Shown here piece by piece: positions 37,809 through 48,900 of a stretch of DNA of 64,000 nucleotides. The notes under the pieces were generated by a model, which was not told the origin of the DNA, ran no database searches, and worked only from the letters and a program-made list of their open reading frames with translations. A program made the position numbers and the translations under genes. Numbering within the stretch: position 1 is the stretch's first letter; each line of letters opens with the position of its first letter. Origin of the DNA: Capsulimonadaceae bacterium (GTDB taxonomy: Bacteria; Armatimonadota; Armatimonadia; Armatimonadales; Capsulimonadaceae). The stretch is taken from contig OZ244065.1 of assembly GCA_965215505.1 (NCBI GenBank), positions 5,024,001 to 5,088,000 on the forward strand, given 5' to 3'.

Positions 37809-38894
37809 TCACGCCAGCGCCGGGTAGTCGGTGTAGCCTCCGGCCTCGCCGCCGTACATCGTGGACTCGTCAACCGTGTTCAGCGCGGCGTCCTCGGCAT
37901 AGCGCCGGACGAGGTCCGGGTTCGCGATGAACGGGACGCCGAAGGAGATCAGGTCCGCCTCGCCCGAGGCGATGGCCCCGTTGCCCGTCTCTTTGTTGTA
38001 GCCGCCGTTGAGCATGAAGACGCCGCCGAAGGCCTCGCGCAGCAGCGGCGCGAGCCGCTCCGTGTCCGGGTTCGCCATAGGGTGCGAGTCCTGCACCGGC
38101 TCCACGACGTGCAGGTAGGCCAGGCCCAGAGCGCCCAGCTTGCGGGCGGCGTAGCCGAAAGTGGCGGCGGGGTCGCTGTCGCGCATGTCGTTGAACCCAC
38201 TGGTGGGAGACAGGCGGACGCCGACCCGGTCCGCGCCCCAGACCTGGGCCACGGCTTCGGTCACCTCTAACAGCAGGCGGGCGCGGTTCTCGACCGGGCC
38301 ACCGTACTCGTCGGTGCGATGGTTCGAGCCGTCGCGCAGGAACTGGTCCAGCAAATAGCCGTTCGCGCCGTGGACCTCCACGCCGTCAAGTCCGGCGTCT
38401 TTGGCGTGGCGGGCGGCGTCCACATACTGCCGGACAATGCCGGGGATCTCGGAGAGTTCCAGGGCGCGGGGCGTGACGAACTCCTGCGGACCGGTTTCGG
38501 TGAAGATCTCGCCAGCGGGCTTGACGGCGGACGGGCCGACGGGCAGCACGCCGTCAACCTGGGTGGAAGGGTGCGAGATGCGCCCGACGTGCCACAACTG
38601 GAGGTAGATGTGGCCGCCCTGGGCATGGACCGAGTCGGTGATTTTTCGCCAGCCGGCGATCTGGGCCTCGGTGAAGATGCCCGGCGTCTTGGGATAGCCT
38701 TTCGCCTGGGCGGAAATCTGGCTGGCCTCGCTGATGATCAGGCCCGCCGATGCGCGCTGCGTGTAGTAGAGGACCGCCATGTCGGTGGGCGCGTCGCCCT
38801 CCCCGGCCCGGCTGCGTGTCAGCGGGGCCATGACCATGCGGTTCGGCAGCGTCAGCGGGCCGAGGGCAAGGGGCGTAAAGAGATCATTACTCAT
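37809..38894 (-). CDS. Old Yellow Enzyme alkene reductase (NemA-like)
   Basis: MAPLTRSRA, QLWHVGR, EVHGANGYLLDQF, RTDEYGG. Confidence 0.93.
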   Translation of the reverse strand: MSNDLFTPLALGPLTLPNRMVMAPLTRSRAGEGDAPTDMAVLYYTQRASAGLIISEASQISAQAKGYPKTPGIFTEAQIAGWRKITDSVHAQGGHIYLQLWHVGRISHPSTQVDGVLPVGPSAVKPAGEIFTETGPQEFVTPRALELSEIPGIVRQYVDAARHAKDAGLDGVEVHGANGYLLDQFLRDGSNHRTDEYGGPVENRARLLLEVTEAVAQVWGADRVGVRLSPTSGFNDMRDSDPAATFGYAARKLGALGLAYLHVVEPVQDSHPMANPDTERLAPLLREAFGGVFMLNGGYNKETGNGAIASGEADLISFGVPFIANPDLVRRYAEDAALNTVDESTMYGGEAGGYTDYPALA

Positions 38895-38940
38895 GCGATT
38901 TTGTCTTTCTGGAATGCTGTAGAAGGGGCCGAGATCGGGT

Positions 38941-39057
38941 CGAGTGGTTGGAAACCACTCGCTAGGAGAAGCGTCCTGCGGACGGGCAGAGGTAGCGCGT
39001 GTGCCCTATCCCTTGTCCGAAGGACACCTACGCTAGCGAGTGGTTTCCAACCACTCG
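38941..39057. repeat. REPIN/MITE-like inverted-repeat element
   Basis: Perfect 25-bp IR CGAGTGGTTGGAAACCACTCGCTAG (38941-38965 with 39033-39057); each arm is itself palindromic. Confidence 0.75.
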
Positions 39058-39081
39058 GTTTCTCGGCCCCGTTGTTCGAGG

Positions 39082-39918
39082 TCACTTGGGGAATTCCGTC
39101 CCCAGAGACACGGCCTCCCACTCGGTCAGTTCCCGCTCGATGGAGGTCATCTTGCGGCGCGCGGCGTCCAGGGCGTACTTGCCCAGGAAGAGGCGCGTGG
39201 GGGCCTTGCCGCCGGCCACCATCTGGACGATGGCGCGGGCGGCGGCGTCGGGGTCGCCCGGTTGCGACCCATCAATCTTGTGCAGGTAGGCGGCGAACTT
39301 GCCCGAAGTCGGGTCATAGTCGGCAATGTGCTGCGTCGCATCCTCCATCGAGCGCCCGATGAAGTCGGTGCGGAAGGGGCCGGGGATGACGCTGGTGATC
39401 TTGATGCCGAGTGGCTTCACCTCGTCGCGCAGGGCGTCCGAGGCGGCGTCGAGGGCGGCCTTCGCGCCGCCATAGACTGAGAATCCGGGGTGGTTGCTGA
39501 AGGCGGCGACGGCGGACATGTTCACGATGTGGCCGGACTTTTGCGCCCGCAGTGTCGGCAGGACGGCCCGCAGGACCGCAAGCGGGCCGAGGAAGTTCGT
39601 CGCCAGATTGCGCTGGATCTGCGCCTCATCGCACTCCTCCAGAGCGCCCATCAGGCCGTAACCCGCGTTGTTGATGACGACATCTAGCCGCTCGCCGAAG
39701 GCCGCCAACGCGGACGCGACGGCGGCCTTCACCTGCGCCCCGTCGGTCACGTCCAGCGGGAAGACGCGCAGGGTGTCCGGGTACTCGGAGGCCAGATCGT
39801 CCAGCGCCTCGGGCTTGCGGGCCGTCGCGACCACCTGCGCCCCCGCCTCCAGCGCCTGCACGGTCAGCGACCGCCCGAAGCCGGTGGAGGCGCCGGTGAT
39901 AAACCACACGTTGCTCAT
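39082..39918 (-). CDS. Short-chain dehydrogenase/reductase
   Basis: TGASTGFG, NNAG, YGGAK. Confidence 0.93.
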   Translation of the reverse strand: MSNVWFITGASTGFGRSLTVQALEAGAQVVATARKPEALDDLASEYPDTLRVFPLDVTDGAQVKAAVASALAAFGERLDVVINNAGYGLMGALEECDEAQIQRNLATNFLGPLAVLRAVLPTLRAQKSGHIVNMSAVAAFSNHPGFSVYGGAKAALDAASDALRDEVKPLGIKITSVIPGPFRTDFIGRSMEDATQHIADYDPTSGKFAAYLHKIDGSQPGDPDAAARAIVQMVAGGKAPTRLFLGKYALDAARRKMTSIERELTEWEAVSLGTEFPK

Positions 39919-39998
39919 TACGATGTCTCTTTTCTAAGCGTATCTACTTCTCCCCAACACGGGGTCAGGCGATAAGGTGCCGGTCACCCGAGACAAAG

Positions 39999-40943
39999 TC
40001 AGTCGAGATGGAGGACAGCCTTGCCGGGGTACTTGCGGTCCAACAAGTCCTGCGCGGCGGCGGCGATCTCGACCCACGGCCGCTCGGCGGAAATGAAGGG
40101 GTTCAGCCGGCCCGAGGCCACCAGGGCGGCCAGGCGGCCCAGGCCGGTGGAAGCCGGCTCGACCGTCCGCAACTCGTCGAACAGGACCGACCCGATCAGC
40201 GTCGTCAGCCCGGCCCCGTAGAACGCTTGGGCGTCGAAGGTGACGGAGTTGCCCGCCGAGGTGCCGATCGAGACGATCTTAGCCCCTTCGCTCACCAGGC
40301 CGAGGGCGTCACCCAGCACGGCCCCGCCGACCGATTCGATGATCAGGTCGAACGGGCCGAGATCCTTGGCGGCGGAGGCAAGTGAATCGCCGATGGCGGC
40401 CTTGTCTGCGCCCGCTTCCATGACCTGCGCGGCCTGCTCCGCCCGGCGGACGTGGGCGACGACGCGCGCCCCCGAAAGCTTGCCGAGACGGATGGCGAAG
40501 TCGCCGACGCCGCCGGTCGCACCGGTCACGAGGACCGTCTTGCCGAGCAGCAGCCCGCCTTTGTGCAGGGCGTGGTAGGCGGTCAGTCCGGCCACGGGCA
40601 GCGTCGCCGCCGAGGCGAACGAGACTGCGTCCGGCAGTGCGGCCAGGGCGTCCGACGACACGGCCACCGCCTCGGCCCAGGCACCCGACCGGACGATGCC
40701 GACCACGCGCACCCCGGCCTGCGGCCCCGTGCCGTCCGCCGCCGGGGCTGCGACGACGCCGGCCAGGTCCCAGCCGGGCCTTGCCCCGGCGGGCGCGGAC
40801 GTCAGGGCGCGTTTGACCTCGCCCCGGTTCAGCGAGACCGCGCGGACGCGGACGACCGCCTCATTCGGCGCGGGGGCGGGTGCGTCCATCTCCCGGATGA
40901 CCAGCCGGCCCGGTGCGGCCGGGTCCACGATGACTGCTCTCAT
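39999..40943 (-). CDS. MDR-family quinone oxidoreductase-like protein
   Basis: SLNRGE, GATGGVG, GKAVL. Confidence 0.9.
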   Translation of the reverse strand: MRAVIVDPAAPGRLVIREMDAPAPAPNEAVVRVRAVSLNRGEVKRALTSAPAGARPGWDLAGVVAAPAADGTGPQAGVRVVGIVRSGAWAEAVAVSSDALAALPDAVSFASAATLPVAGLTAYHALHKGGLLLGKTVLVTGATGGVGDFAIRLGKLSGARVVAHVRRAEQAAQVMEAGADKAAIGDSLASAAKDLGPFDLIIESVGGAVLGDALGLVSEGAKIVSIGTSAGNSVTFDAQAFYGAGLTTLIGSVLFDELRTVEPASTGLGRLAALVASGRLNPFISAERPWVEIAAAAQDLLDRKYPGKAVLHLD

Positions 40944-40947
40944 GTTC

Positions 40948-42015
40948 CTAATCCTCCTGCCCGATGAACGGGTAGTCTGTGTAGCCGGTCGCGCCGGGCG
41001 CGTAGAAGGTGGCCGGGTTAGGAGCGTTCAAGGGCAGCCCGTGGGCCAGGCGCTTAGGCAGGTCGGGGTTCGCGATGAACTGCTGACCCCAGGCCACGGC
41101 ATCGGCCTCCCCGGCGGCTAGGACGTGTTCAGCCTGCTCCCGAGTGAACTGCTCGTTCGCGATGACCGGGCCGCCGAACAGATGCTTGATCTCGGGCGTG
41201 AAGCGCGGCCCGCCGCCCAGCGACTCGCGGATGAACAGGTAGGCGAGGCCGCGCTTGCCGAGTTCGGCGGCCACATGGCCAAAGGTGGCGGCGGGGTCCG
41301 AGTCCGTGATGCCGTGGTGCGCCATGTCGCGCGGCGACAGGTGGACGCCGACCCGGTCCGCGCCCCAGACGCCGACGGCCGCGTCAACCGCTTCCAGCAG
41401 GAACCGGGCGCGGTTCTCGATAGGCCCGCCGTACTCGTCGGTGCGATGGTTGGTGCCGTCGCGCAGGAACTGGTCGGGCAGGTAGCCGTTCGCGCCGTGG
41501 ATCTCCACGCCGTCGAAGCCCGCCCCCTGGGCGTTCCGGGCGGCCTGGGCGTAGTCGGCGATGATGGCCCGGATCCCGTCTACCGTCAGCGCGTGCGGCG
41601 TGGGGTAGGGGGCGTGGCCCGTCGGGATGCGGATCTCGCCGGGGCAGGCGATGGCGGAGGGCGCGACCGGGGGCAGCCCGTCCAGGAAGTCCGGGTGGGA
41701 GAGCCGCCCGACGTGCCAGAGCTGGCAGACGATCCGGCCGCCGGCTTCGTGGACGCCGTCGGTGATCGTTTTCCAGCCCGCGATCTGGGCGGGCGACCAG
41801 ATTCCCGGCGTGTCCATATAGCCCACCGAGCGCGGGTTGATGCAGGTCGCCTCGGTGAAGATCAGCCCCGCCGAAGCGCGCTGCACATAATACTCGCGCA
41901 TCAGATCGTTCGGGACACGGCTTTCGGAAGCCCGGCTGCGGGTAAGCGGGGCCATAATGATGCGGCTGGGCAGGGCAAGCGCCCCAAGGGTGATCGGTTC
42001 AAAGAGTGTCGGCAT
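40948..42015 (-). CDS. Old Yellow Enzyme alkene reductase, second copy
   Basis: MAPLTRSRA, EIHGANGYLPDQF; start at MPTLFEP. Confidence 0.93.
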   Translation of the reverse strand: MPTLFEPITLGALALPSRIIMAPLTRSRASESRVPNDLMREYYVQRASAGLIFTEATCINPRSVGYMDTPGIWSPAQIAGWKTITDGVHEAGGRIVCQLWHVGRLSHPDFLDGLPPVAPSAIACPGEIRIPTGHAPYPTPHALTVDGIRAIIADYAQAARNAQGAGFDGVEIHGANGYLPDQFLRDGTNHRTDEYGGPIENRARFLLEAVDAAVGVWGADRVGVHLSPRDMAHHGITDSDPAATFGHVAAELGKRGLAYLFIRESLGGGPRFTPEIKHLFGGPVIANEQFTREQAEHVLAAGEADAVAWGQQFIANPDLPKRLAHGLPLNAPNPATFYAPGATGYTDYPFIGQED

Positions 42016-42043
42016 GGGTCTTTCTTTCGGTCCAGTGGAATGG

Positions 42044-43024
42044 CTACGGTTCCAGCACGACCTTTCCGGTCGTCTTGCGGCCTGCAATCGCCTGGTGTGC
42101 CGAGGCGGCGTCGGCGAGAGCGAATCTGTCCTCGGCGATGATCGTCAGTTCGCCGCTCACGGCCCATCCGATAAGCCGCTTCAGCGTTTCGGGAATGACC
42201 TCGCGGGGCGTCCGTGTGAGGTTCCATCCCCGCACCGTCTGCCCGCCGAAGATCGTGCCTGACAAGTCCGCCCCGGTCAGCGCCGTCTCCGACGTGGCTT
42301 GTGCGCCGTATACGACCCAGTACCCCCCATCGGCCAGCGGCTTGAGGCCCCCTGCGCTGTCGCCCGTGGCGTCCAGAAAGATGTCCACGCCCTTGCCGCC
42401 TGTGGTGGTCTTCACCTGCTCCGGCCAGCCCTCCCGCGTGTAGTCTACGACGGCATCCGCGCCGAGCGCCGTGACTTTGGCTCGCTTGTCGTCGGTAGAG
42501 GCCAGACCGATGACGGTCCCCGCCCCCAGCAGCTTGGCGAGCTGCACCAGCAGCGAGCCGACGCCGCCTGCCGCGCCGCTGATGAGTACGCTTTTGCCTT
42601 TGATTTCAGGGACCGCCAGCGTCAGCAGACCGTGTGCCGTCAGTCCTTGGATGAGCAGGGCGGTCGCTTCGGCGAAGCCAAGCGCTTCCGGGATGGGGGC
42701 GGCCCCAGCGGCTTCGACAACGGCGTACTCGGCGTACCCCCGCGTGCAGTTTTCCGAGGTCAGCGACAGAGCGCGGTCGCCGACGCTCCAGCCCGTCACG
42801 CCGTCGCCGACTTCGGAGACTATCCCGGCGGCTTCATAGCCGGGCACGAACGGCGGCGGCGGGGCGGGCGGGTAGTGGCCCTCGCGCGCAACGAGGTCTG
42901 CGAAGTTAATTCCCGCCGCCTTGACTTCGATCACGATCTGCCCCGGCCCGGCGGTCGGGGTCGGCTGATCAATGAGTTGGAGCACTTCCGGGCCGCCGGA
43001 GCGCGTGACTTGGATTGCTTTCAT
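42044..43024 (-). CDS. NADPH:quinone oxidoreductase (Qor-like)
   Basis: GGPEVL, GINFAD, GAAGGVG, TTGKVVL. Confidence 0.9.
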   Translation of the reverse strand: MKAIQVTRSGGPEVLQLIDQPTPTAGPGQIVIEVKAAGINFADLVAREGHYPPAPPPPFVPGYEAAGIVSEVGDGVTGWSVGDRALSLTSENCTRGYAEYAVVEAAGAAPIPEALGFAEATALLIQGLTAHGLLTLAVPEIKGKSVLISGAAGGVGSLLVQLAKLLGAGTVIGLASTDDKRAKVTALGADAVVDYTREGWPEQVKTTTGGKGVDIFLDATGDSAGGLKPLADGGYWVVYGAQATSETALTGADLSGTIFGGQTVRGWNLTRTPREVIPETLKRLIGWAVSGELTIIAEDRFALADAASAHQAIAGRKTTGKVVLEP

Positions 43025-43042
43025 GGGGTGTTCTCCTGTGAA

Positions 43043-43756
43043 CTACCAGGGCAGGGTTTCGCCCAGGTGAAAGAAGCCGCCGGTCGGGCCGTCATCCGGC
43101 AGGGTGGCGAGGGTGACGGCGGTCTTGGCCCCCTCTTCCACGCTCAGGTCGCCGCCGGGGTTCATGTCGGTCTTGACCGAGCCGGGGTGGGCGATGTTGA
43201 CCTTGACGTGGGTGTCCTTGAGTGTGGCGGCCTGGATCACGCCCAGCATGTTGAGGGCGGCCTTGGACGAGTTATAGGCGGGCAGCATCCAGGTCGGCGG
43301 CAGATCGCCCGAGGCGTTGAGGGCGAGCGAGCCGAGGCCGCTGGAATGGTGGACGACGCGGCCCGCCGGGGCGGCCTTCAGCAGCGGCAGCAGGGTCTCG
43401 GTCAGGAAGAAGGGGGCGATGACGTTGGCGTCATAGGTCCGGGCCAGGACTTCGGGCGTTACGCCCTCGGCTTCGAGCATGACGCCCGCGTTGTTGACCA
43501 AAACATCCAGCCGCCCGAAGTGTTCCTGCAAGAACGCCAGGGCCGCCGCGCGGTCGGCGGCGTCCGTCACTTCCAGCTTGAGGGTGTGGGCGTCAATGCC
43601 TTCGCCCTTCAGCGTGTCGGCGGCGGCCTGCCCGCGCTGCGGGTCGCGTGACCCCAGGATGACGACGATGCCCTGCTTGCCGAGCTGCCGGGCGATCTCC
43701 AGCCCGATGCCCTTGTTCGCGCCCGTGATCAGGGCGACTTTCTTGTCGGTTGTCAT
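43043..43756 (-). CDS. SDR carbonyl reductase-like protein
   Basis: TGANKGIG, NNAG, YNSSK, HPGSVKTDM; start at MTTDKK. Confidence 0.92.
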   Translation of the reverse strand: MTTDKKVALITGANKGIGLEIARQLGKQGIVVILGSRDPQRGQAAADTLKGEGIDAHTLKLEVTDAADRAAALAFLQEHFGRLDVLVNNAGVMLEAEGVTPEVLARTYDANVIAPFFLTETLLPLLKAAPAGRVVHHSSGLGSLALNASGDLPPTWMLPAYNSSKAALNMLGVIQAATLKDTHVKVNIAHPGSVKTDMNPGGDLSVEEGAKTAVTLATLPDDGPTGGFFHLGETLPW

Positions 43757-43775
43757 CTGTGTGATCTCCTGTAAA

Positions 43776-43853
43776 TGGGTTCGCCCCCGGCCCCCAATTC
43801 TGGGGGGTAGGAGTGTCTGACTCCCCCAGAATTGGGGGCCGGGGGCGAACCCA
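43776..43853. repeat. REP doublet with perfect 31-bp inverted repeat
   Basis: TGGGTTCGCCCCCGGCCCCCAATTCTGGGGG (43776-43806) and its reverse complement (43823-43853). Confidence 0.8.
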
Positions 43854-43856
43854 GCC

Positions 43857-44468
43857 TTATGCCCCGGCGAGCGACTTGATCTGCTCACGGGCGGCGGCAA
43901 GCGCCGTCGGCGTCTCGTCGCCGCGCGACGTGTTGTTGACGTGGATATAGGTCTGGTCGGTGACGCCGGCCAGGCCGAAGGCGGCACGGATGGCGGGGTC
44001 CTGGACGTTGTAGGCCTCGCGCGCCTCGCCCGGCCCGTAGCCGCCGCCGCCGCGTGCGGTTACGACGAACAGCTTCTTGCCGGTCAGCAGGCCCGAGTAG
44101 TTGGCGGGGTTGAAGGTTTCGCCTGCCCGGATGACCTGGTCGATGTAAGCCTTGAAGACGGACGGGACGCCAAAGTTGTACATGGGGACGCCGAAGACGT
44201 AGATGTCGGCGCTCTTCAGCTCGGCGATCAGCTCGTCGGACAGCTTCAAAGCCTCGACCTGGGCGGGCGTCCGGGACTCGGCGGGCGTGTACATCGCGCC
44301 GATGAACTCCTCGTTGACGTGCGGGATGGCCTGGTGGCCCAGATCGCGGACGGTGACGGTGTCGCCGGGGTGGGTCTGGAGCCAGGCCTGGACGAACTCG
44401 CCGGAGATCGTGCGCGAGTGCGAGGCATCGCCGCGCGGGCTGGCGTCGAGGTGCAGGATGTGTGCCAT
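43857..44468 (-). CDS. azoR: FMN-dependent NADH-azoreductase
   Basis: SPRGDASHS, PMYNFGVPSVFKAYID, ARGG. Confidence 0.88.
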   Translation of the reverse strand: MAHILHLDASPRGDASHSRTISGEFVQAWLQTHPGDTVTVRDLGHQAIPHVNEEFIGAMYTPAESRTPAQVEALKLSDELIAELKSADIYVFGVPMYNFGVPSVFKAYIDQVIRAGETFNPANYSGLLTGKKLFVVTARGGGGYGPGEAREAYNVQDPAIRAAFGLAGVTDQTYIHVNNTSRGDETPTALAAAREQIKSLAGA

Positions 44469-44590
44469 GGGTTTTCTGTGTTCCTTCTAAACGGGCGGGC
44501 GTGAAACGAGACGCGGCGTTTCGTTTCTCTGACCGGGAAACACGCCGCCCCCGCCGTTCGTTCCCGGAAGGCTCTGACGTTATTCTGAAG

Positions 44591-45220
44591 CTATTTGGGG
44601 AGGGGACAGGAGGGGCGCAGGCCCTGGAAGACGAGGGAAAGCAGGGCGTCCACGAAGGCCGCGTCGAGCGGGGCATGGCCCGCCGTCAGCCGGTAGTAGA
44701 GCGGCCCATAGAGGGCGTCGGCGGCGGTTTCTAGGTCGGCATGGGGGCAGAGCTGGCCGCGCTCGCGGGCGCGTTCCAGGACGCGGCGCGTTTCGGCCCG
44801 GCGCGGGGCGAGGTAGCGGGTGCGGAAAGCCTCGGCGGCCTCGGGGTCCGACTGGGCTTCGGCCAGGACGCCGCGCAGGACCGTCCCCATGCGCCCGCTC
44901 AGGGCGCAGGCGAGGGCGCGCATCTGGCCGCGCAGGTCTTCCTCCAGGCAGCCCGTGTCCGGGAACGGGGCGCAGGGTCCGGTGGCGGCAAGAAAAGCGT
45001 CCATGACGACGGCGGCCTTGCCGGGCCACCAGCGGTAGATGGTCGCCTTGCCGACCCCCGCCTCGGCGGCGATGGCCTCCACGGTGACGGCGGCGAACCC
45101 GTCGCGCGCCAGCAGGTCGCCCGCCGCCCGCAGGACCGCCTGCCGGGCCGACTCGCTGCGCGGCCGGCCCATCTTGCAGGCCGTCGGGGCGTCACAGTGC
45201 TGGCCGTCTGCTTCTTCCAT
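44591..45220 (-). CDS. TetR/AcrR family regulator
   Basis: GRPR...TVEAIAAEAGVGKATIYRWW HTH. Confidence 0.92.
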   Translation of the reverse strand: MEEADGQHCDAPTACKMGRPRSESARQAVLRAAGDLLARDGFAAVTVEAIAAEAGVGKATIYRWWPGKAAVVMDAFLAATGPCAPFPDTGCLEEDLRGQMRALACALSGRMGTVLRGVLAEAQSDPEAAEAFRTRYLAPRRAETRRVLERARERGQLCPHADLETAADALYGPLYYRLTAGHAPLDAAFVDALLSLVFQGLRPSCPLPK

Positions 45221-45258
45221 GGGGGGAGTATACCCGCAATGGGGCAAACGGCGGGGCA

Positions 45259-45624
45259 TCAGCCTCCGGCGGCGGCGAGCAGGGGGGCGAGCAGAGAGTT
45301 CAGGCGCACGTTCTGGTCGGCCAGGGGGAGCATGAACGGAGTGCCGTCCGTCGGGAGTTGGGCACCCGGCAGGTCGCGCAGGCGGGAGAAGAAGTCGGTC
45401 AGGGCCGCATCCAGTTCGGGCGCGCTGCCGAACTCCCGGTGCCGCCACTCGACCGCCTCCTCCGTCTCCGTGTTCAAGATCTCGGTGTCGCAGTAGCCCC
45501 GGCCCGTGTCTATCTGTCCGACGGTGACGCGCGCCATGTGGCCCGGCAGAGTCAGGTCCATGTACATGCTGCCGCCGTCCGGCGCTTGAACTGTCTCAAA
45601 GTGGATTAATTGGAGGTTATTCAT
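45259..45624 (-). CDS. Hypothetical protein
   Basis: ORF with plausible composition starting MNNLQLIHF. Confidence 0.5.
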   Translation of the reverse strand: MNNLQLIHFETVQAPDGGSMYMDLTLPGHMARVTVGQIDTGRGYCDTEILNTETEEAVEWRHREFGSAPELDAALTDFFSRLRDLPGAQLPTDGTPFMLPLADQNVRLNSLLAPLLAAAGG

Positions 45625-45831
45625 CTGTGTGGTGGCCTCGGCTACTCTGAGGTAGGGAATGGGCACCCTGGCTATGTGTCCCGCATGCAGCCTTAACGAC
45701 CGGGACAGCCGGGCGAGTGCCTAGAACGAGTGATTGAAATCACTCGTTTTGGCTCCTCCGGCCCGCCACCCCGAGTGCCGCCGCATGACGTCAGTTGTGG
45801 TAAGATGAGGGCCAAAGACAGGAGACGCACC

Positions 45832-45987
45832 ATGCCGACCGAACCAGCCCAATCTCCCGAAAAATCCGCCGAAAGCGCCAACGCTGAAATGTATGAGGCG
45901 GCCACCCTGCTTGGCACCGACAGCGAGATGAGCGACGTGGGCTTCGCATTTGGCGCCCAGGCGGAAGTCGCGACGGCCAACGACTAG
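45832..45987 (+). CDS. Small acidic protein
   Basis: AGGAG RBS followed by 51 aa MPTEPAQSPEK... Confidence 0.45.
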   Translation: MPTEPAQSPEKSAESANAEMYEAATLLGTDSEMSDVGFAFGAQAEVATAND

Positions 45988-45990
45988 TGC

Positions 45991-48900
45991 CTAATGCGCG
46001 CCCTTGTGCCGCGTCAGCCCTTCCAGGCTCACAAACAGCACGGGGGCGATGAGCAGCGTGAACAGGGTGGAGACGGACAGGCCGCCGATGACGGCGATGG
46101 CGAGCGGTTTCTGCAAGGCCGCCCCCGCGCCAAGCCCTAATGCCAGCGGCATCAGGGCGAGGATCGCGCCGATGGTGGTCATCAGGATGGGGCGCAGGCG
46201 CTGCTCGCCCGCCTCGGCCATGACGGCGGCCAGGGGCCTGTCGGGGTGCTGGCGGCGCAGGTGGTTGAAGAAGTCGAACAGGACGATGCCGTTCTCGGTG
46301 ATGATGCCGATGATCATGATCGCGCCGGTGAAACTGGAGATGTTGAGCGGCGTCTTGGTCAGGAAGAGGGCGAGCAGGACGCCGAACAGGGACAGGATGG
46401 CGGCCAGCAGCAGGGCGGCGGCCTGGCGGATCGAGCGGAACTGGAACACCAGGAGGGTGAAGACCAGCAGCATGGTCACCAGAAGCGTCGTGCCCAGCTC
46501 GCTGAAGGACTGCTGCTGGCTGGCATAGAGGCCGCCGTACTCGATGCTGTAGCCGGGCGGCAGCGGCACCTGCTTTTTGACCTGGGCCTGGATGTCCGAG
46601 GTGGCGCTGCCTAGGTCGCGGTTTTTGAGGCTGGCCGTGACCGAGATCATCTGCCGCTGGTCCTCGCGCGTCACCTGCGAGGCACCCGGAAGGCGCTCGA
46701 CGGTGGCGACCTCGCTGATGGGGATGTCCCCGCCGGTCACGGGGGAGGCGACGAGGATGTCGGGCAGGAAGTTCTGGTCCAGCGCCTGGCCGGGGTGGGC
46801 CAGCACGACCCGGACGCCGACCGCCTCCTCCCCTTGCTGGACGCGGGTCGGCTCGACCCCCTGCAAGGCGGCCGTCGCGGCCTGCGTGATGTCGTCCGCC
46901 GTCAGGCCGTAGCGCTGCGCCCGGTCGGTGTTGACGGTCAGGACCGCCTCGGGGTTGCTGTGGACGACGCCGCTGACGTCGCCGACGATGTAGGGCAGCT
47001 TCGCCAACACGCCGTCCACCTGCTGCGCCAGGGTTTCCAGGGTGGCCTGGTCCGACCCGAAGATCTTGACCTCCACGGGGTTCGGGCTGCCGGCGATGTC
47101 GCCGATGTTGTCCTGCAAGGTCTGGTGGAAGTCCACGTCGGCGGCCGGGAATTTGGCCGTCACCTGGGTCCGCACGTCGTCCATGATCTCATCAATGTCG
47201 CGCGTCCGGTCCGACTTCAGCCGGACGGACATGTCGCCCCGGTTCTCGGTCGTGATGTCGAAACCGAGCTGCGCGCCGGTCCGCCGCGACCAGGCGGCCA
47301 CTTCGGGCGTGTGCGCCAGCACGGCCTCGATCTGGCCCGAAACCTTGTCGGCCTCGGCCAGCGAGGTTCCGGCGGGGAGCTGGTAATCCAGCACGAAGCC
47401 GCCCTCGTCGAATTCGGGGAAAAAGCCGGTTTCGATGCGGTTGTAGAGGAGATAGGTGCCGAAGATCAGTGGCAGCAGCAGCAGGAGAACGACCGCCTTG
47501 CGCCGCAGGCACCAGCCCAGGACGCGCGCGTAGACGCGCACGATCCGGTCGAACTGCCGGGGGAAGAAGCCGAGAACGCGCGCCCCGAAGGACGGCTTCT
47601 TTGCCGGCGCTTCGGCCCTGGCCGGCAGCAGCCAGCCCGCGAGGATGGGCGTCAGCAGCAGGGACAGTGCGAGCGAGACGGCCAGGGTCGCGATCATCAC
47701 GAGCGACAGCGGCCCGAAGAACTGTCCGGTCAGGTCATTCAGAAAGGTCAGCGGCAGGAACGCGGCCATGGTGGTCAGCGACGACCCGATCATGGCAGGC
47801 GTAATCGCCTTCAGCCCCGCCGCGATGGCCTCCGGGCGTTCCTTGCCACTTTCAAGCTCGTGGTACATGTTCTCCACGACCACGATGCCGTCATCAATCA
47901 CCAGGCCCAGGGCAACGGCCAACGCGCCCAGGGTCATGATGTTCATCGTCTGCCCCAGCAGCTTCATCAGGGCGAACGTGATGACGACGGTGAGCGGCAG
48001 GATGATCAGAACGATGGCGGCAGTCCGCAGGTTGCCGAGAAAGAACATCAGCACGACCAGGGCCAGCGCGCCGCCTAAGATCAGAGCCTCGATGACGCTG
48101 TGCTGGGACCCGATGACGATGTCCGCCTGGTCGTAGAAGTTCGTGACGGTGACGTCCGGCAGCAGCGGCGCGGCCTCGGCCAAGGTCTTGCGGATGCCGT
48201 CCGAAACCTGCACCGTGTTTCCCGTGGGCTGCTTGATGATATTGAGCAGGACGGCGGGGCGGCCGTCGCCGCTCGCCTCGACGGTGTGCGCCTCGACGCT
48301 CTGCCGGACGGTCCCCACCTGGCCGACGGTGACGGGGACGCGGTCCTTGACGGCGACGGTGACGTTCGCGATGTCCCTGGTCGTGCTGAACAGGCCCGAG
48401 ACGAGAATCTGGTAGCGGAGGAACGACTGCTCGTAGTGCCCGACGGCGTTGATCTCGTTGTTCTTCGCCAGCGCGTTTTCCACGTCCGAGGCGCTGACAC
48501 CGCGCGCCAGCAGGGCGGTGGGGTTCAACTCCACCAGGAAGTCCGGCGTGTCGCCCCCCTGCACGGCGATCTCGCGGACGCCCGGCACGCGCAGCAGGCG
48601 CGGGCGCAGGGTGTAAAGGGCGAGCCGCCGAAGCTCCTGCTGGCTGACCGTCTTGGAATACAGGCTGTAGCCCATGACCGGGAAGACGGACGGGTTCAGC
48701 CGCTCCGCCGTGACGTTCGTCCCCGGCGGCAGTGTGGTCTGGACCGTGGCGATGCGGGCCTGGACCTGCTGCAAGGTCGAGGCCATGTCCGTACCCCAGT
48801 TGAAGTTCACGTCCAATTCATCGCCGCCCCGCTGTGTCAGGGAGTGGACGCGGGCGACTCCGGGGACGCCCGCCACTGCGTTCTCCAGGGGCCGAGTGAT

